64,000 nt of DNA from an uncultured Oscillospiraceae bacterium (GCA_944385095.1 CALWVS010000008.1:8400-72399), one strand, 5' to 3'. Shown: positions 19,220-29,825, numbered from the stretch's first letter. Numbers and translations: made by a program. Notes: generated by a model not told the origin, from the letters alone.

Positions 19220-19837
19220 TTAACCCTCCTGATTGTGTAAAAATTGGTTCAGTTGCCCTTGTATCTGTGCTTGAAATGCTTCTATGGTTAAATTATCATT
19301 GAGAAACACCACATCACAGTGGGACTGGAAAAAATCATCTGGCTTCTGTGCTCTCACACGGGAACGGGCATAGTCCTCAGAAATCCCCTCCCTTGCCATA
19401 ATACGCTGGATTCGCATCTCAGGTGGGGCAGTAATTGCCATCGTCTTATGACACAAACCATCCAGCCCACTTTCAAACAGCCCAATGGCATCAATGGCAG
19501 CCAGTGGACAGCCTTGTTGCTGTGCCCCATCTATCTCCTGTTTCACTGCGTCCACAATATAGGGGTAGGCAATTTGATTGAGTTGCTCCAATTTTTCGGC
19601 ATCCTGAAAGACGATGGTTCCCAACTTCTTTCGGTCAATTCTTCCATCCTCCCCCAAAATTGCCCCAAATGCCTCCACCAATGCACTGCAAAGAGGGGCA
19701 CACTGCTCCAACAACTGATGATAGGTGGCATCTGCATCTATGATACAGCCCCCCATCTGCTCAATCACTGCCAATGCTGTGGTTTTCCCCGCTCCAGTGG
19801 GACCTGTAATCCCTAAAATAAACATGGTCTCAGCCAA
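19220..19837 (-). CDS. coaE: Dephospho-CoA kinase
   Basis: GITGPTGAGKTT, IDAD, IDRKKLG.IVF, R.QRIMAREG; start may be ATG at 19825. Confidence 0.92.
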   Translation of the reverse strand: MAETMFILGITGPTGAGKTTALAVIEQMGGCIIDADATYHQLLEQCAPLCSALVEAFGAILGEDGRIDRKKLGTIVFQDAEKLEQLNQIAYPYIVDAVKQEIDGAQQQGCPLAAIDAIGLFESGLDGLCHKTMAITAPPEMRIQRIMAREGISEDYARSRVRAQKPDDFFQSHCDVVFLNDNLTIEAFQAQIQGQLNQFLHNQEG

Positions 19838-20183
19838 TTTTATTCAGCCATGCAATGCCCTCTGCCTCATTTTCCCAGAAGCCAATCTGCTTACTGCGGT
19901 TACAGCCAAAAATAAAGGCACCCATAGAGGTCTGGTAACAGTCATAAAAATCGCCCACAATGGCAAGACGCATTTTCTGTTCTGTAAACTGCTTCAGCAC
20001 CTTTCCTGCCACACCGCTGGACAGGCGGAACAGTTCAGGGTCAAAGGCTTCCCGATGCAGTACCACAGCGGAGCAGCCAGTGTGAAAGCGCACTGCCTGA
20101 ATCAAATTCTGGGCAGACTGCTCATCAGAGAGAATCTGGTCTGGTTCCACCACTGCCACATTGTTTTTTACTTCAAATTTCAT
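19830..20183 (-). CDS. DUF4180 domain protein
   Basis: FFxLxxGxAGxxLQKF-like motif (LFRLSSGVAGKVLKQF) and RLAIVGDF; start MKFEVK. Confidence 0.75.
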   Translation of the reverse strand: MKFEVKNNVAVVEPDQILSDEQSAQNLIQAVRFHTGCSAVVLHREAFDPELFRLSSGVAGKVLKQFTEQKMRLAIVGDFYDCYQTSMGAFIFGCNRSKQIGFWENEAEGIAWLNKIG

Positions 20184-20205
20184 ATTACATCGTCTCACTT
20201 TTCTA

Positions 20206-21228
20206 TTAGTATGTCAAATCAATCACATGAAATCCAGCCGCTTTTTTGAGGCGGTTGGCTATGGCAAGCCCAATACCGGAGGTATCGGGACATTGTGCCC
20301 AAATTTGTGTCACATCTGTGTGGTCAAACGCCCGTAACGCCTGAAAAATCCTGCGGGCCTGCTGATTTTTGTCCCCACTGGAACCAATGGAACGCACTTG
20401 ATTCTCTGGAAACAGATGCTCGTATTCCTCGAAACAGAGAACACCCTCCTGCTTGGTACTGTGCTCCAAAATATAGGCGGCTGTCTCCTCCGGTTTTCCT
20501 GTTACCACAATCACAGGGGCTTTGGGCGCATAATGTCTGTACTTCATGCCCGGGGCCTTTGGTTTTTCTCCCCTCTGTAACTGCCTTGTGACAGCGGCAT
20601 CCACTGCCACTTCCCCCAGTACCTTCTGCAACTGTTCCAATGTAATGCCACCGGGGCGCAGTAGTCTAGGCGGTGTACAGGTCAGGTCAATGATGGTAGA
20701 TTCCACCCCCACCGAACAACTACCACCTTCCAGAATGGCATCAATTTTCCCATCCATATCCTCCCTCATGTCTGCCGCAGTGGTGGGGCTGGGTCTGCCA
20801 GACAGATTTCCAGATGGAGCGGCCACTGGAACATCTGCAAGTTCCAGAAGCTGACAGCAGAGGGGATGGGATGGACAGCGCATGCCCACCGTTTCCATTC
20901 CTGCCGTCACCACATCGGGGACACAGTCTTTCCGTTTCAAAATCATGGTCAGGGGACCCGGCCAAAATGCCTGTGCCAACTCATAAGCAGTGGAGGGAAT
21001 TTCCTGACAGTAGCGTTCCAGCCACGCCACAGTAGGAATATGCAAAATCAGTGGGTTATCCTGTGGGCGACCTTTGGCTTGAAAAATATGCTCCACTGCC
21101 TCTGGGTTCAACCCGTTGGCTCCCAGTCCATACACCGTTTCTGTGGGAATCCCCACTAGTCCCCCACGCCGTAAAATTTGTGCTGCTTCTTCTAATTCTG
21201 CCTTGGTTAACTGCTTTGTATTCACCAA
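20206..21228 (-). CDS. sua5: L-threonylcarbamoyladenylate synthase Sua5/TsaC
   Basis: PTETVYGLG, KGRP.DNPLI.H, PGPLT, APSGN.SG, G.ESTI, APGMKYRHYAP plus the SUA5 C-terminal domain. Confidence 0.95.
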   Translation of the reverse strand: MVNTKQLTKAELEEAAQILRRGGLVGIPTETVYGLGANGLNPEAVEHIFQAKGRPQDNPLILHIPTVAWLERYCQEIPSTAYELAQAFWPGPLTMILKRKDCVPDVVTAGMETVGMRCPSHPLCCQLLELADVPVAAPSGNLSGRPSPTTAADMREDMDGKIDAILEGGSCSVGVESTIIDLTCTPPRLLRPGGITLEQLQKVLGEVAVDAAVTRQLQRGEKPKAPGMKYRHYAPKAPVIVVTGKPEETAAYILEHSTKQEGVLCFEEYEHLFPENQVRSIGSSGDKNQQARRIFQALRAFDHTDVTQIWAQCPDTSGIGLAIANRLKKAAGFHVIDLTY

Positions 21229-21236
21229 ACCGCCTC

Positions 21237-21908
21237 TTACTTTCTGTTTCCATCAAGAATCAGTTGTAATAGCTCCTGTGGGGTCTCTACCAGATAGTCT
21301 GCCTGTTCCCGCTCCAGTTCCTCTTTGGTGCGAAAACCCCAGAGCACACCGCAGCTTGTCAGACTTCCATTTTTTGCTGTCTGCATATCTACATTGCTGT
21401 CCCCCACAAACAGGGTGCTCTCTCGCTTTGCTCCAATCTTCTCCATGAGGACATAGAGCATGGTTGGGTCTGGTTTGACCGGTTTTCCCTCCACAGCACC
21501 CTGTACCACAGGAAAGAGATTGGGATAGTAGCTGTTGACCACAGCAGCAGCCATTTTGTCTGCCTTATTAGTGAGCACAGCCACAGAAATTTCTCGATTT
21601 CTCAGCTCCTGCACCAGTTCCGGCATCCCTGCATAGGGAGCCGTTTTGTCCTCTTTGTGCTGGTCATAGTATGCCTTAAACGCAACAAAAATTGCCTCCT
21701 GCGTCTCCTGAGATGTGCCCTCTGGCACAAATCGTTCCACCAGCTTTCTCAGCCCATTGCCCACCATTTTCTTATATTGGTCTACACTGTGTTCTGGAAA
21801 GCCATACTGGCGACACATATGATTCCCAGCATTTGCAAGGTCATCAATGGTATTGAGTAAGGTACCGTCCAAATCAAAAATCACATGGGTAAACATTGCT
21901 GACCTCAC
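21237..21908 (-). CDS. HAD family hydrolase (phosphoglycolate phosphatase-like)
   Basis: FDLDGTL, LTNK, KPDP, VGDS.VD. Confidence 0.9.
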   Translation of the reverse strand: MRSAMFTHVIFDLDGTLLNTIDDLANAGNHMCRQYGFPEHSVDQYKKMVGNGLRKLVERFVPEGTSQETQEAIFVAFKAYYDQHKEDKTAPYAGMPELVQELRNREISVAVLTNKADKMAAAVVNSYYPNLFPVVQGAVEGKPVKPDPTMLYVLMEKIGAKRESTLFVGDSNVDMQTAKNGSLTSCGVLWGFRTKEELEREQADYLVETPQELLQLILDGNRK

Positions 21909-22162
21909 TCGTAAATTCCAATTTCCATACCGCCAATTTCTACCGCAGTCTCTCTGGAAAATCCAGCACGCTGTAAGTATGCCTTCACTGCAATCTGTGC
22001 ATATTTTGGATTGACAGTCTCGTCCTCTAAATCAAGGTCCAGTCTGCCCTCCTCGCCGCCGCACACACTTCCGTTATCTTCCAGCACTTCGGTCAGTTCT
22101 CCTACAAAATCTGCCAAAGTCAATCCCTCTGGCAGTTCTTTATAGTGTATATACATATCCAT
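21905..22162 (-). CDS. Hypothetical acidic protein (85 aa)
   Basis: AAGGAG SD; stop overlaps the next gene start; co-oriented within the prfA operon. Confidence 0.75.
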   Translation of the reverse strand: MDMYIHYKELPEGLTLADFVGELTEVLEDNGSVCGGEEGRLDLDLEDETVNPKYAQIAVKAYLQRAGFSRETAVEIGGMEIGIYE

Positions 22163-22175
22163 GTTGTTGTTCTCC

Positions 22176-23243
22176 TTATCGTTCGTTAGACTCCGCTTTC
22201 AGCCGTTCCGCCTGGTCGGCAGTATTCAAAGCCTCTAAAATTTCCTGAATATCGCCATTCATAATAGCGTCAATTTTATATAATGTCAAACCAATCCGGT
22301 GGTCTGTCACCCGTCCCTGTGGGAAATTATAGGTGCGGATTCTCTCATTTCTCATCCCTGTACCCACCTGGCTGCGGCGCTCTGCGGTGTACTCGCTGGA
22401 AATTTTCTCCTGTTCTGCCTCGTAGAGACGGGAAGCCAGAATACGCATGGCCTTGTCCCGGTTCTGGAACTGGCTTCTCTCCTGCTGACACTCTACCACA
22501 GTCCCTGTGGGCTTGTGAATGAGACGCACCGCAGAAGATGTTTTATTGACGTGCTGACCACCCGCACCAGAGGAACGGAACACCTGCATTTCAATATCCG
22601 CAGGGTTTAACTGTACATCCACCGTTTCCATCTCCGGCAAAACTGCCACCGTCACAGTAGAAGTATGCACACGACCGCCAGATTCTGTCTCTGGCACACG
22701 CTGTACCCGATGGACACCACTTTCAAATTTCAGCTTGGAGTATGCACCGGCTCCCTCAATGGTGAAGGAAATTTCCTTAATGCCCCCCAATTCTGTCTCA
22801 TTGAGGCTGTCAATTTCTGTTTTCCAGCGGTTTCTCTCCGCATACATGGAGTACATACGGTAGAGGGAGTGGGCAAAAAGGGCAGCCTCCTCCCCTCCTA
22901 CACCAGCCCGAATTTCTACAATGACATTTTTATCATCATTGGGGTCTTTGGGCAGCAGTAAAATACGCAGTTCCTGTTCTAACTGCTCCAACTGCTCCTT
23001 CGCCTCTAAGAATTCTTCCTGTGCCAGTTCTTTCATTTCAGGGTCAGACAGCAGTTCCTCTGCCTGTGCCTTCTGTTCTCTCACCTGTACATAACGGCGG
23101 TAAGTCTCTACCAGTGGTGCCAGCTCATTTTGCTCTTTGTTCAGCTTTGCCACCTGTGCAGGGTCGTCATATGTCTCTGGGGCAGCAAGCCTCGCTTCAA
23201 TCTGACTGTAGCGAGACTCTACAGCCTGTAATTTATCCAGCAT
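22176..23243 (-). CDS. prfA: Peptide chain release factor 1
   Basis: GVHRVQRVPET, PxT-type motif, RSSGAGGQHVNK, ERIRTYNFPQ. Confidence 0.98.
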   Translation of the reverse strand: MLDKLQAVESRYSQIEARLAAPETYDDPAQVAKLNKEQNELAPLVETYRRYVQVREQKAQAEELLSDPEMKELAQEEFLEAKEQLEQLEQELRILLLPKDPNDDKNVIVEIRAGVGGEEAALFAHSLYRMYSMYAERNRWKTEIDSLNETELGGIKEISFTIEGAGAYSKLKFESGVHRVQRVPETESGGRVHTSTVTVAVLPEMETVDVQLNPADIEMQVFRSSGAGGQHVNKTSSAVRLIHKPTGTVVECQQERSQFQNRDKAMRILASRLYEAEQEKISSEYTAERRSQVGTGMRNERIRTYNFPQGRVTDHRIGLTLYKIDAIMNGDIQEILEALNTADQAERLKAESNER

Positions 23244-23262
23244 ATGCTACCTCCTTTCCTCG

Positions 23263-23862
23263 TTATCGGTCAAATAAAATGGATTTCACCAGTGCCAATG
23301 GCTCTCGCACATACATTTTGAGCTTGCTTGGTGCATGGCTGGATGGTGCTGCCAGTGTGGATACCTCCTCAAAACCGGCACGCTCTGCCAGCAGTTCCGC
23401 TCGTGTCAGATGGAACCCATTGGACACCACCAATACATGGCTGTCTTCCCCCTGTTCCTGCCACAGTTGATAGGAATACACCATATTTTCTGCTGTATTG
23501 GTGGACTGGTCCTCCAATAAAATCTGATGTTCTGGTATCCCATGTTCCACCAAATAGTCTGCCATTGCCTGCGCCTCTGAGGTAGGCTCTGTGGGACCCT
23601 GCCCACCACTGACAATCACTGGCAGTTGTGGATTCTCCTCCAAATAGCCCAACGCCTCATCCAGCCGGTCCAGAAGCAATTCCGATGGTCCCCACGGCTT
23701 TACTTCACAACCCAAAATCAACATCACATCCGGAGTCCCACGGATGTTGTCTCTATCTCCATACAACACAGCACAAAAGGACAAGAAAAACAGCAAAACA
23801 CCCGCTCCCATTCCACAGAGAACCAGTATTTTCAGCCGTTTCAGCCATACTTTTGTTTTCAT
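23263..23862 (-). CDS. YdcF/DUF218 family membrane-anchored protein
   Basis: N-terminal TM segment, RLD.A, VSGGQG..E..SEA, ED.ST.T.EN, VVSN.FHL.RA, REPLA. Confidence 0.9.
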   Translation of the reverse strand: MKTKVWLKRLKILVLCGMGAGVLLFFLSFCAVLYGDRDNIRGTPDVMLILGCEVKPWGPSELLLDRLDEALGYLEENPQLPVIVSGGQGPTEPTSEAQAMADYLVEHGIPEHQILLEDQSTNTAENMVYSYQLWQEQGEDSHVLVVSNGFHLTRAELLAERAGFEEVSTLAAPSSHAPSKLKMYVREPLALVKSILFDR

Positions 23863-23874
23863 TTTGGCTCCTTT

Positions 23875-25785
23875 CTATCCCTGTCGTGCCTCCTCCAGTT
23901 CTGCGGCTTTCTGCTCCCACAAATCATACTGCTCCTGAAGCTGTCCTTCCAGCAGTTCCTTTTGTTCACATAGCTCCTGTAACTTCATGTAATCAGAGGC
24001 AGATTCCTCTATTTGACGTTCCAGTTGCTCCATTTGTTCCTCAATTTTGGCAATGGCTCGCTCTGCCGCATTGACCTCTTTTTCCAGTTGCTTGGTTCCA
24101 CCTGTCCGTTTGGGTTTCTCTTTCTTCTCTTTCACGGCTGCCACTGGCTCTTTTGCAACGGGAATGGTGGAAATCGCCTTACCTGCTGCACCTTTGGCTC
24201 TGGCTGCCTGAAATTCCTCATAGCTGCCACGAAAATCTGTGAGGTACCCATGCTCCAGCAACCAGATACGGCTGGCAAACCGGTCAATAAAATAGCGGTC
24301 ATGGGAAACAAACAGCAGATTTCCCTCGAACTCCTCCACTGCCTGTTCAATCCACTCTCTGCTTTGAATGTCCAGATGGTTGGTGGGCTCGTCCAAAATC
24401 AGCAGATTGATTTTTTCATCCATCAGCATACACAATTTAAGTCGGCTCTGTTCCCCACCGGAAAGGGCAGAAACAGGCTTCAGCACATCTTCACCCCGAA
24501 ATTGAAAAGAACCAAGGCGGTTTCGGGCTGTCTGAGTGGTGCAGTCCTGCTCATAAATCAAGGTGTCCACCAAATTCCGCTCTGGATGGGAAAAATGGAC
24601 GTGTTGGGGCAGATAGCCCATCTTCACTGTGGGACCAAAGCGGATTTTCCCTTGGTCTGCCCGTTCTTCCCCCAGTAAAATCTTTAACAGGGTGGATTTT
24701 CCGCTGCCGTTGTCTCCAATTAGGGCAATCCGCTCTCCACCTGTTACCTCAACCCCCAGTCCTGAAAACAGGGTGCGCTCTCCAAATGATTTTGTAATTC
24801 CCTTCAGGGTGAACATCTCATCCCCTCGGAACTCCTTCTCTCCGAAGCGAACAGTGATGGCTCTGGTTCTGCCTGTGGGTCGCTGGGTTTGCCGGATGCG
24901 CTCAATCCGTTTTTCCATAGCAAATGCCTGCTTGTGCATCCGCTCTGTTCCATGCTCATGCATGACACGGGCTGTTGCCTCCAACTGCGCAATTTTTGCC
25001 TGTTCCTTTTCATACTGCTTCAGTTGAGTCAGGTATCGCTGTTCCTTCTCCACTGCATAGAAGGTATAGTTCCCTGCATAAAATTCCGCTTTTCCGTGCT
25101 GAATTTCAATGATTCTTCCCACCACACGGTCTAAAAAATAGCGGTCATGGGAGACGGTCAGCACAGTTCCCTTAAATTGCTCCAGATAGTCCTCCAGCCA
25201 CTCGGTTGCATTCAAATCCAGATGGTTGGTAGGCTCGTCCAATAACAAAATATCGGTATCTTCCAAAATCAGACGGGCAAGATTCACCCGTGTTTTCTCT
25301 CCACCAGAGAGACTGTCAAAAAGCTGCTCCCGCATGGGCTGAGAGATAGACAAGCCATTGCACACCTTGTTGGTTCTGGTTGCGATCTCATAGCCGCCAG
25401 AAGTCTCAAATGTGGTCATCAGTCTGTCATACCGCTCCAGTAAACTGGGGTCTTCCCCCATCTGGCTGGCTAACTCTGCAAGCTCTCCCTCCATACGGTG
25501 CAGTTCCACAAAAGCAGTTGCCAATACATCTTCTACAGTATATCCATTTGGGTAGACAGGAATCTGGGAAATCAGCCCCAGCTTTTTTCCTGCTGCCAGC
25601 ACCACTTCTCCCTCATCGTAGTCCATAGACCCAGTCAGAATTTTCAACAGCGTGGTTTTACCACAGCCATTTGGTCCCAGCAACCCCACACGCTCTCCGG
25701 TGTCAATTTGAAACGACAGCCCATCCAGTAATCTGGTTCCCACCTCAAATTCCTTGACCAGATTGGTCACTGAAATATCGATCAT
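23875..25785 (-). CDS. ABC-F family ATPase with C-terminal coiled coil (Uup/YfmR-like)
   Basis: Two NBDs (GPNGCGKTT/LSGGEKTR and GDNGSGKST/LSGGEQSR), DEPTNHLD twice, no TM segments. Confidence 0.92.
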   Translation of the reverse strand: MIDISVTNLVKEFEVGTRLLDGLSFQIDTGERVGLLGPNGCGKTTLLKILTGSMDYDEGEVVLAAGKKLGLISQIPVYPNGYTVEDVLATAFVELHRMEGELAELASQMGEDPSLLERYDRLMTTFETSGGYEIATRTNKVCNGLSISQPMREQLFDSLSGGEKTRVNLARLILEDTDILLLDEPTNHLDLNATEWLEDYLEQFKGTVLTVSHDRYFLDRVVGRIIEIQHGKAEFYAGNYTFYAVEKEQRYLTQLKQYEKEQAKIAQLEATARVMHEHGTERMHKQAFAMEKRIERIRQTQRPTGRTRAITVRFGEKEFRGDEMFTLKGITKSFGERTLFSGLGVEVTGGERIALIGDNGSGKSTLLKILLGEERADQGKIRFGPTVKMGYLPQHVHFSHPERNLVDTLIYEQDCTTQTARNRLGSFQFRGEDVLKPVSALSGGEQSRLKLCMLMDEKINLLILDEPTNHLDIQSREWIEQAVEEFEGNLLFVSHDRYFIDRFASRIWLLEHGYLTDFRGSYEEFQAARAKGAAGKAISTIPVAKEPVAAVKEKKEKPKRTGGTKQLEKEVNAAERAIAKIEEQMEQLERQIEESASDYMKLQELCEQKELLEGQLQEQYDLWEQKAAELEEARQG

Positions 25786-25809
25786 AGTGTTCCTCTTTCG
25801 TTCTGTTTC

Positions 25810-27204
25810 TCACGACTCTGCTTTGGTCAGCTCCATCAATTCTGCCACCAGTTCTTCCATTTTCATGCCCCTGGATGCCTTCACCAAAAGGGTGCTGTCA
25901 GCCCGTACCACCTGAGGCAATACCTTCTTTGCCTCCTCCTTGTCTTTACAGTGGTATATCTGCTGTACCCCTGCATTTCTGGCTCCCTCTGCTATGTTGG
26001 ACGCCAGCTCTCCCACTGCAATCAGGCAGTCAATGTGCTGTTTTCCCACATAGTCTCCAACTTCCCGATGCAGGGCTGGGGCATAGGAGCCAAGTTCAAA
26101 CATATCCCCTAAAATTGCCACCTTCCACTGGCTGGAAGTGTCCGCCAGTACATGGATGGCTGCACGCATGGACTGGGGATTGGCATTGTAGGTATCATCC
26201 AAAATGGTGATATTCTCTGCCCGCTGTACCAGATTCATTCTCATACGGGTGGGCACAAAGCGGCGAATCCCCTTTGCAATTTCCTCCCCTGTCAGCCCAA
26301 ACCGCTCCGCCACGGCTGCCGCAATCAGCGTGGGATAGACCATATGCGCACCCAAAGCGGGAATCTGTACCTGCTGCACCATGTCAGGTGTCTGAATGTG
26401 ACAGGTAATATGACCCATACTGTCCTGTCCCAACACAGTAGCAGTATAATCCATCTGTTCCCCTGTACCACAGAACACAGTATGCACTGGCGTCTTTCCC
26501 CGCAAAGTAGACAACAAGGCATCATCTCCATTGAGAATCAGCAGTCCATCTTTCTTGATGTGGGGCAATAGCTCACACTTTGCCTTCAATATATTTTCAC
26601 GGCTGCCCAGTCGTTCAATGTGGGCATCCCCAATGTTGGTAATCACACCCACTTCTGGCTGTACCAGTTCACCCAGATAGTCAATCTCGCCAAAGCGATC
26701 CATTCCCATTTCCAACACAGCAATCTGGTGGCTGCTGTCCAGTCGCAACAGAGTCAATGGCAGTCCAATATTATTGTTGTAATTCCCCTCTGTTTTTAAA
26801 ACCTTATATTTTACACTCAGTACAGAGGCAATCATATCCTTCGCTGTGGTTTTTCCCACACTGCCTGTCACACCCACACAGGGGATGGCAAAACGGTTTT
26901 TATACCATGCTGCCAGGTCACGCAGGGCTTTTTGGGTATTCCCCACTTTGATGTAGAACTTACCTGGCTGATATGTCTCCCGTTCCCGGGCAGTGATACA
27001 GCCAGCCGCCCCCTGTTCCAGTGCAGAGGTAATATAGGCGTGACCATCAAAGCGGTCCCCCACCAGCGGAAGAAAGAGAGACCCCTTGTGGATGTTGCGA
27101 CTGTCTGTGTCCACACAGGAAACTGTTGCCTGTAAATCTGCCCCAGCTCCCAACAAGGTACCGCCCACTGCCTGTAGCAGTTCTCCCACAGTTATGGCTT
27201 CCAT
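25810..27204 (-). CDS. murF: UDP-N-acetylmuramoyl-tripeptide--D-Ala-D-Ala ligase
   Basis: DSR, FDGH, TGSVGKTT, NN.IGLPLTL, EMG, DDTYNANP.SM, GDMFELG, KASRGM. Confidence 0.97.
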   Translation of the reverse strand: MEAITVGELLQAVGGTLLGAGADLQATVSCVDTDSRNIHKGSLFLPLVGDRFDGHAYITSALEQGAAGCITARERETYQPGKFYIKVGNTQKALRDLAAWYKNRFAIPCVGVTGSVGKTTAKDMIASVLSVKYKVLKTEGNYNNNIGLPLTLLRLDSSHQIAVLEMGMDRFGEIDYLGELVQPEVGVITNIGDAHIERLGSRENILKAKCELLPHIKKDGLLILNGDDALLSTLRGKTPVHTVFCGTGEQMDYTATVLGQDSMGHITCHIQTPDMVQQVQIPALGAHMVYPTLIAAAVAERFGLTGEEIAKGIRRFVPTRMRMNLVQRAENITILDDTYNANPQSMRAAIHVLADTSSQWKVAILGDMFELGSYAPALHREVGDYVGKQHIDCLIAVGELASNIAEGARNAGVQQIYHCKDKEEAKKVLPQVVRADSTLLVKASRGMKMEELVAELMELTKAES

Positions 27205-27210
27205 TCTCTC

Positions 27211-28260
27211 TTATTCTCCTCTCCGACGCACCTGAACCGATGCGTCTACAATTTGCTCACACAATTCCCCATAGGAAATCCCCACTGCCTGTGCCTCCTG
27301 TGGCACCAAACTGGTGGGAGTCATCCCCGGCAGGGTATTGATTTCCAGAAAATATGCCTCACCTGCATCTGTTACAATAAAGTCTGCTCTTGCATATACA
27401 GAAAGCCCCAGCAGTGCAAATACCTTCTGAGCAGCCTCTCCCACCTTCTTTTCCCACTCTGGTGGAATTTCTGCCGGGCAAACTTCCTTGGCTGCCCCTG
27501 GCTGATATTTGTTGGCATAGTCATAAAACTCTGCCTGTGGGATAATTTCAATGGATGGCAGGGCACGACCGTTGAGCACTGCCACTTGAATTTCCCGTCC
27601 CTGAATATACTGTTCCAGCACGGTTTTGCCACCCAGTTTTATGCTCTCTTTCAGCCCATGGAGTAGCTCCTCTCTGGTGTGTGCCATATAGACCCCAATG
27701 GAGGAACCACTGGCAATGGGTTTTACCACGACAGGCAATTCTGTCTCCTCTGCCAACTGATGCAGATTGTCCTCTGTAACGGTCACAGTCTGCCAGTTTG
27801 GGGTCAAGACCTCCTGTTTCACCAGTTGCTTGGTCAAATCCTTGTCCATGGCAATGGCAGAACCCAAATAGCCGGAACCTGTATAGGGAATCCCCAGCAA
27901 ATCCAACGTTGCCTGAATTCTTCCATCCTCGCCGCATGCTCCATGCAGAGCAAGATACACCACATCTGCCCCTGCACACAATTCCAGTACCCCTGCACCA
28001 ATCAGGGACTGACTGTCTCCTTTGCGGCTTTTTCTCACCTGCTCCAAATCGGGAGCCTGTGGGCTGATGGTTTTCAATGCCTGTGGAATGGGGGTATCAT
28101 AGGGATCTACTGCCCCATTCATCCCCTCTGTCCCAAAAAACAGGTCCACCAGTGCCACTTGATGCCCTCTGTTCCGCAAGGCTTCACATACCATTGCACC
28201 AGAGGAAAGTGAAACATTCCGTTCTGGGCTAAGCCCGCCTGCCAATACAACAATTTTCAT
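27211..28260 (-). CDS. ddl: D-alanine--D-alanine ligase
   Basis: GG.SPER.VSL.SG, LHG..GEDG, GSSIGV, FYDYANKY, LEINTLPGMT.TSL. Confidence 0.96.
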   Translation of the reverse strand: MKIVVLAGGLSPERNVSLSSGAMVCEALRNRGHQVALVDLFFGTEGMNGAVDPYDTPIPQALKTISPQAPDLEQVRKSRKGDSQSLIGAGVLELCAGADVVYLALHGACGEDGRIQATLDLLGIPYTGSGYLGSAIAMDKDLTKQLVKQEVLTPNWQTVTVTEDNLHQLAEETELPVVVKPIASGSSIGVYMAHTREELLHGLKESIKLGGKTVLEQYIQGREIQVAVLNGRALPSIEIIPQAEFYDYANKYQPGAAKEVCPAEIPPEWEKKVGEAAQKVFALLGLSVYARADFIVTDAGEAYFLEINTLPGMTPTSLVPQEAQAVGISYGELCEQIVDASVQVRRRGE

Positions 28261-28391
28261 TGCTTATAACACCTCATTCAGGTAACAATACGCATTGGTA
28301 TTACAGTTTATACACTAACTGGGTATTTTATCACATTTTTAAACTACACACAAGTCATATAGCACATTTTGCGGATTTTCAGAAAAAGAAC

Positions 28392-28416
28392 GGCGGCACA
28401 GAATTTCTGTGCCGCC
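28392..28416 (-). terminator. Intrinsic terminator after nfnB
   Basis: GGCGGCACAGAA-t-TTCTGTGCCGCC, followed by a T run on the minus strand. Confidence 0.75.
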
Positions 28417-28439
28417 TGCAATACAATATGCAATCATTC

Positions 28440-29825
28440 TTATTGTTTGCTTTTGATGTAGGCATCCATAGACTTGGCAGCCTGCTTGCCTGCACCCATT
28501 GCCAAAATAACAGTGGCTGCACCGGTAGCTGCATCACCACCAGCAAAGACACCGGGCAAATTGGTATGACCACTCTCATCCACTGCCACACAGCCCTTTC
28601 TGGTCTTTTCCAGGTCAGGGGTTCCCTTGGTACTCATGGGGTTAGGAGAGGTTCCCAGTGCCATGATAACTGCATCCACTTCCATTTTGAATTCGCTGCC
28701 CTCCACAGGTTCAGGACGGCGGCGACCAGAGGCGTCTGGTTCACCCAACTCCATACGAATACAGGTCATGGACTCCACACAGCCCTTTTCATCCCCTTCA
28801 ATGGAGACAGGATTGGTGAGCAAATCAAAAATAATGCCTTCCTCTTTGGCGTGGTGGATTTCCTCCCGACGGGCAGGCAGTTCCTCCTCACCACGGCGGT
28901 ACACAATATGTACCTCGGCACCCAGACGCTTGGCACAACGTGCAGCATCCATTGCCACATTACCGCCGCCAACCACTGCAACTTTCTGATTATGCAGAAT
29001 GGGTGTGGGGCTGTCCTCCTGATAGGCCTTCATCAAGTTGATACGGGTCAGGTACTCATTGGCAGAGTACACACCCACCAGACCCTCTCCGGGAATCTTC
29101 ATAAACATGGGCAGACCTGCACCAGAGGCAATGAACACTGCCTCATAACCACGTTCAAACAGCTCAGGAATGGTCAAAATCTTACCGATGACCATATTCA
29201 TTTCAATGTCTACACCCATTTTTTCCAGATTGGATACCTCACGGGCTACAATGGCTTTGGGCAGACGGAATTCAGGAATACCATAGGTCAGCACACCGCC
29301 AGCGGTATGGAATGCCTCAAACACCGTGACCTCATATCCCATACGGGCAAGCTCTCCGGCACAGGTCAACCCAGCAGGACCAGAGCCTACCACAGCCATT
29401 TTGTGCCCGTTTTTGGGTGCAGTTGCCACATTGGCAATGCCCTGCTCTGCTGCCCAGTCAGCCACAAACCGCTCTACACGACCGATTGCCACAGGCTCTC
29501 CCTTAATGCCACGGACACACTTGCCCTCGCACTGGTTCTCCTGAGGGCAGACACGACCGGAGATAGCGGGCAGCGCATTGGCATTGGAGAGAATTTCATA
29601 GGCAGCAGCAATATTTCCTTCTGCCACCTCATGCAGGAACTGAGGAATGGGAATGCCCACAGGGCAGCCGCTGACACAGGCGGGGTTTTTACACTGAATG
29701 CACCGCTGTGCCTCGTTGATTGCCTGCTCTAAGGTGTAGCCTTGAGCCACTTCCAAAAAGTTGCTGTTGCGTACCTGTGCCTCCTGTTCAGGCATGGGGG
29801 TCTTTGTCATCTGCATATTAGCCAT
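28440..29825 (-). CDS. nfnB: NfnB/GltD-like large subunit of NADH-dependent reduced ferredoxin:NADP+ oxidoreductase
   Basis: RCIQCKNPACVSGCP and GRVCPQE.QCE Fe-S motifs, GSGPAG, GGGNVAMD, FAGGD; start MANMQ overlaps the upstream stop. Confidence 0.85.
   Translation of the reverse strand: MANMQMTKTPMPEQEAQVRNSNFLEVAQGYTLEQAINEAQRCIQCKNPACVSGCPVGIPIPQFLHEVAEGNIAAAYEILSNANALPAISGRVCPQENQCEGKCVRGIKGEPVAIGRVERFVADWAAEQGIANVATAPKNGHKMAVVGSGPAGLTCAGELARMGYEVTVFEAFHTAGGVLTYGIPEFRLPKAIVAREVSNLEKMGVDIEMNMVIGKILTIPELFERGYEAVFIASGAGLPMFMKIPGEGLVGVYSANEYLTRINLMKAYQEDSPTPILHNQKVAVVGGGNVAMDAARCAKRLGAEVHIVYRRGEEELPARREEIHHAKEEGIIFDLLTNPVSIEGDEKGCVESMTCIRMELGEPDASGRRRPEPVEGSEFKMEVDAVIMALGTSPNPMSTKGTPDLEKTRKGCVAVDESGHTNLPGVFAGGDAATGAATVILAMGAGKQAAKSMDAYIKSKQ

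Noticed and set aside
23875-25785. ABC-F as an antibiotic-resistance (ARE) determinant
   Set aside because: It sits in a housekeeping operon at host GC, has a C-terminal coiled coil of Uup/YfmR type, and shows no leader-peptide attenuator.
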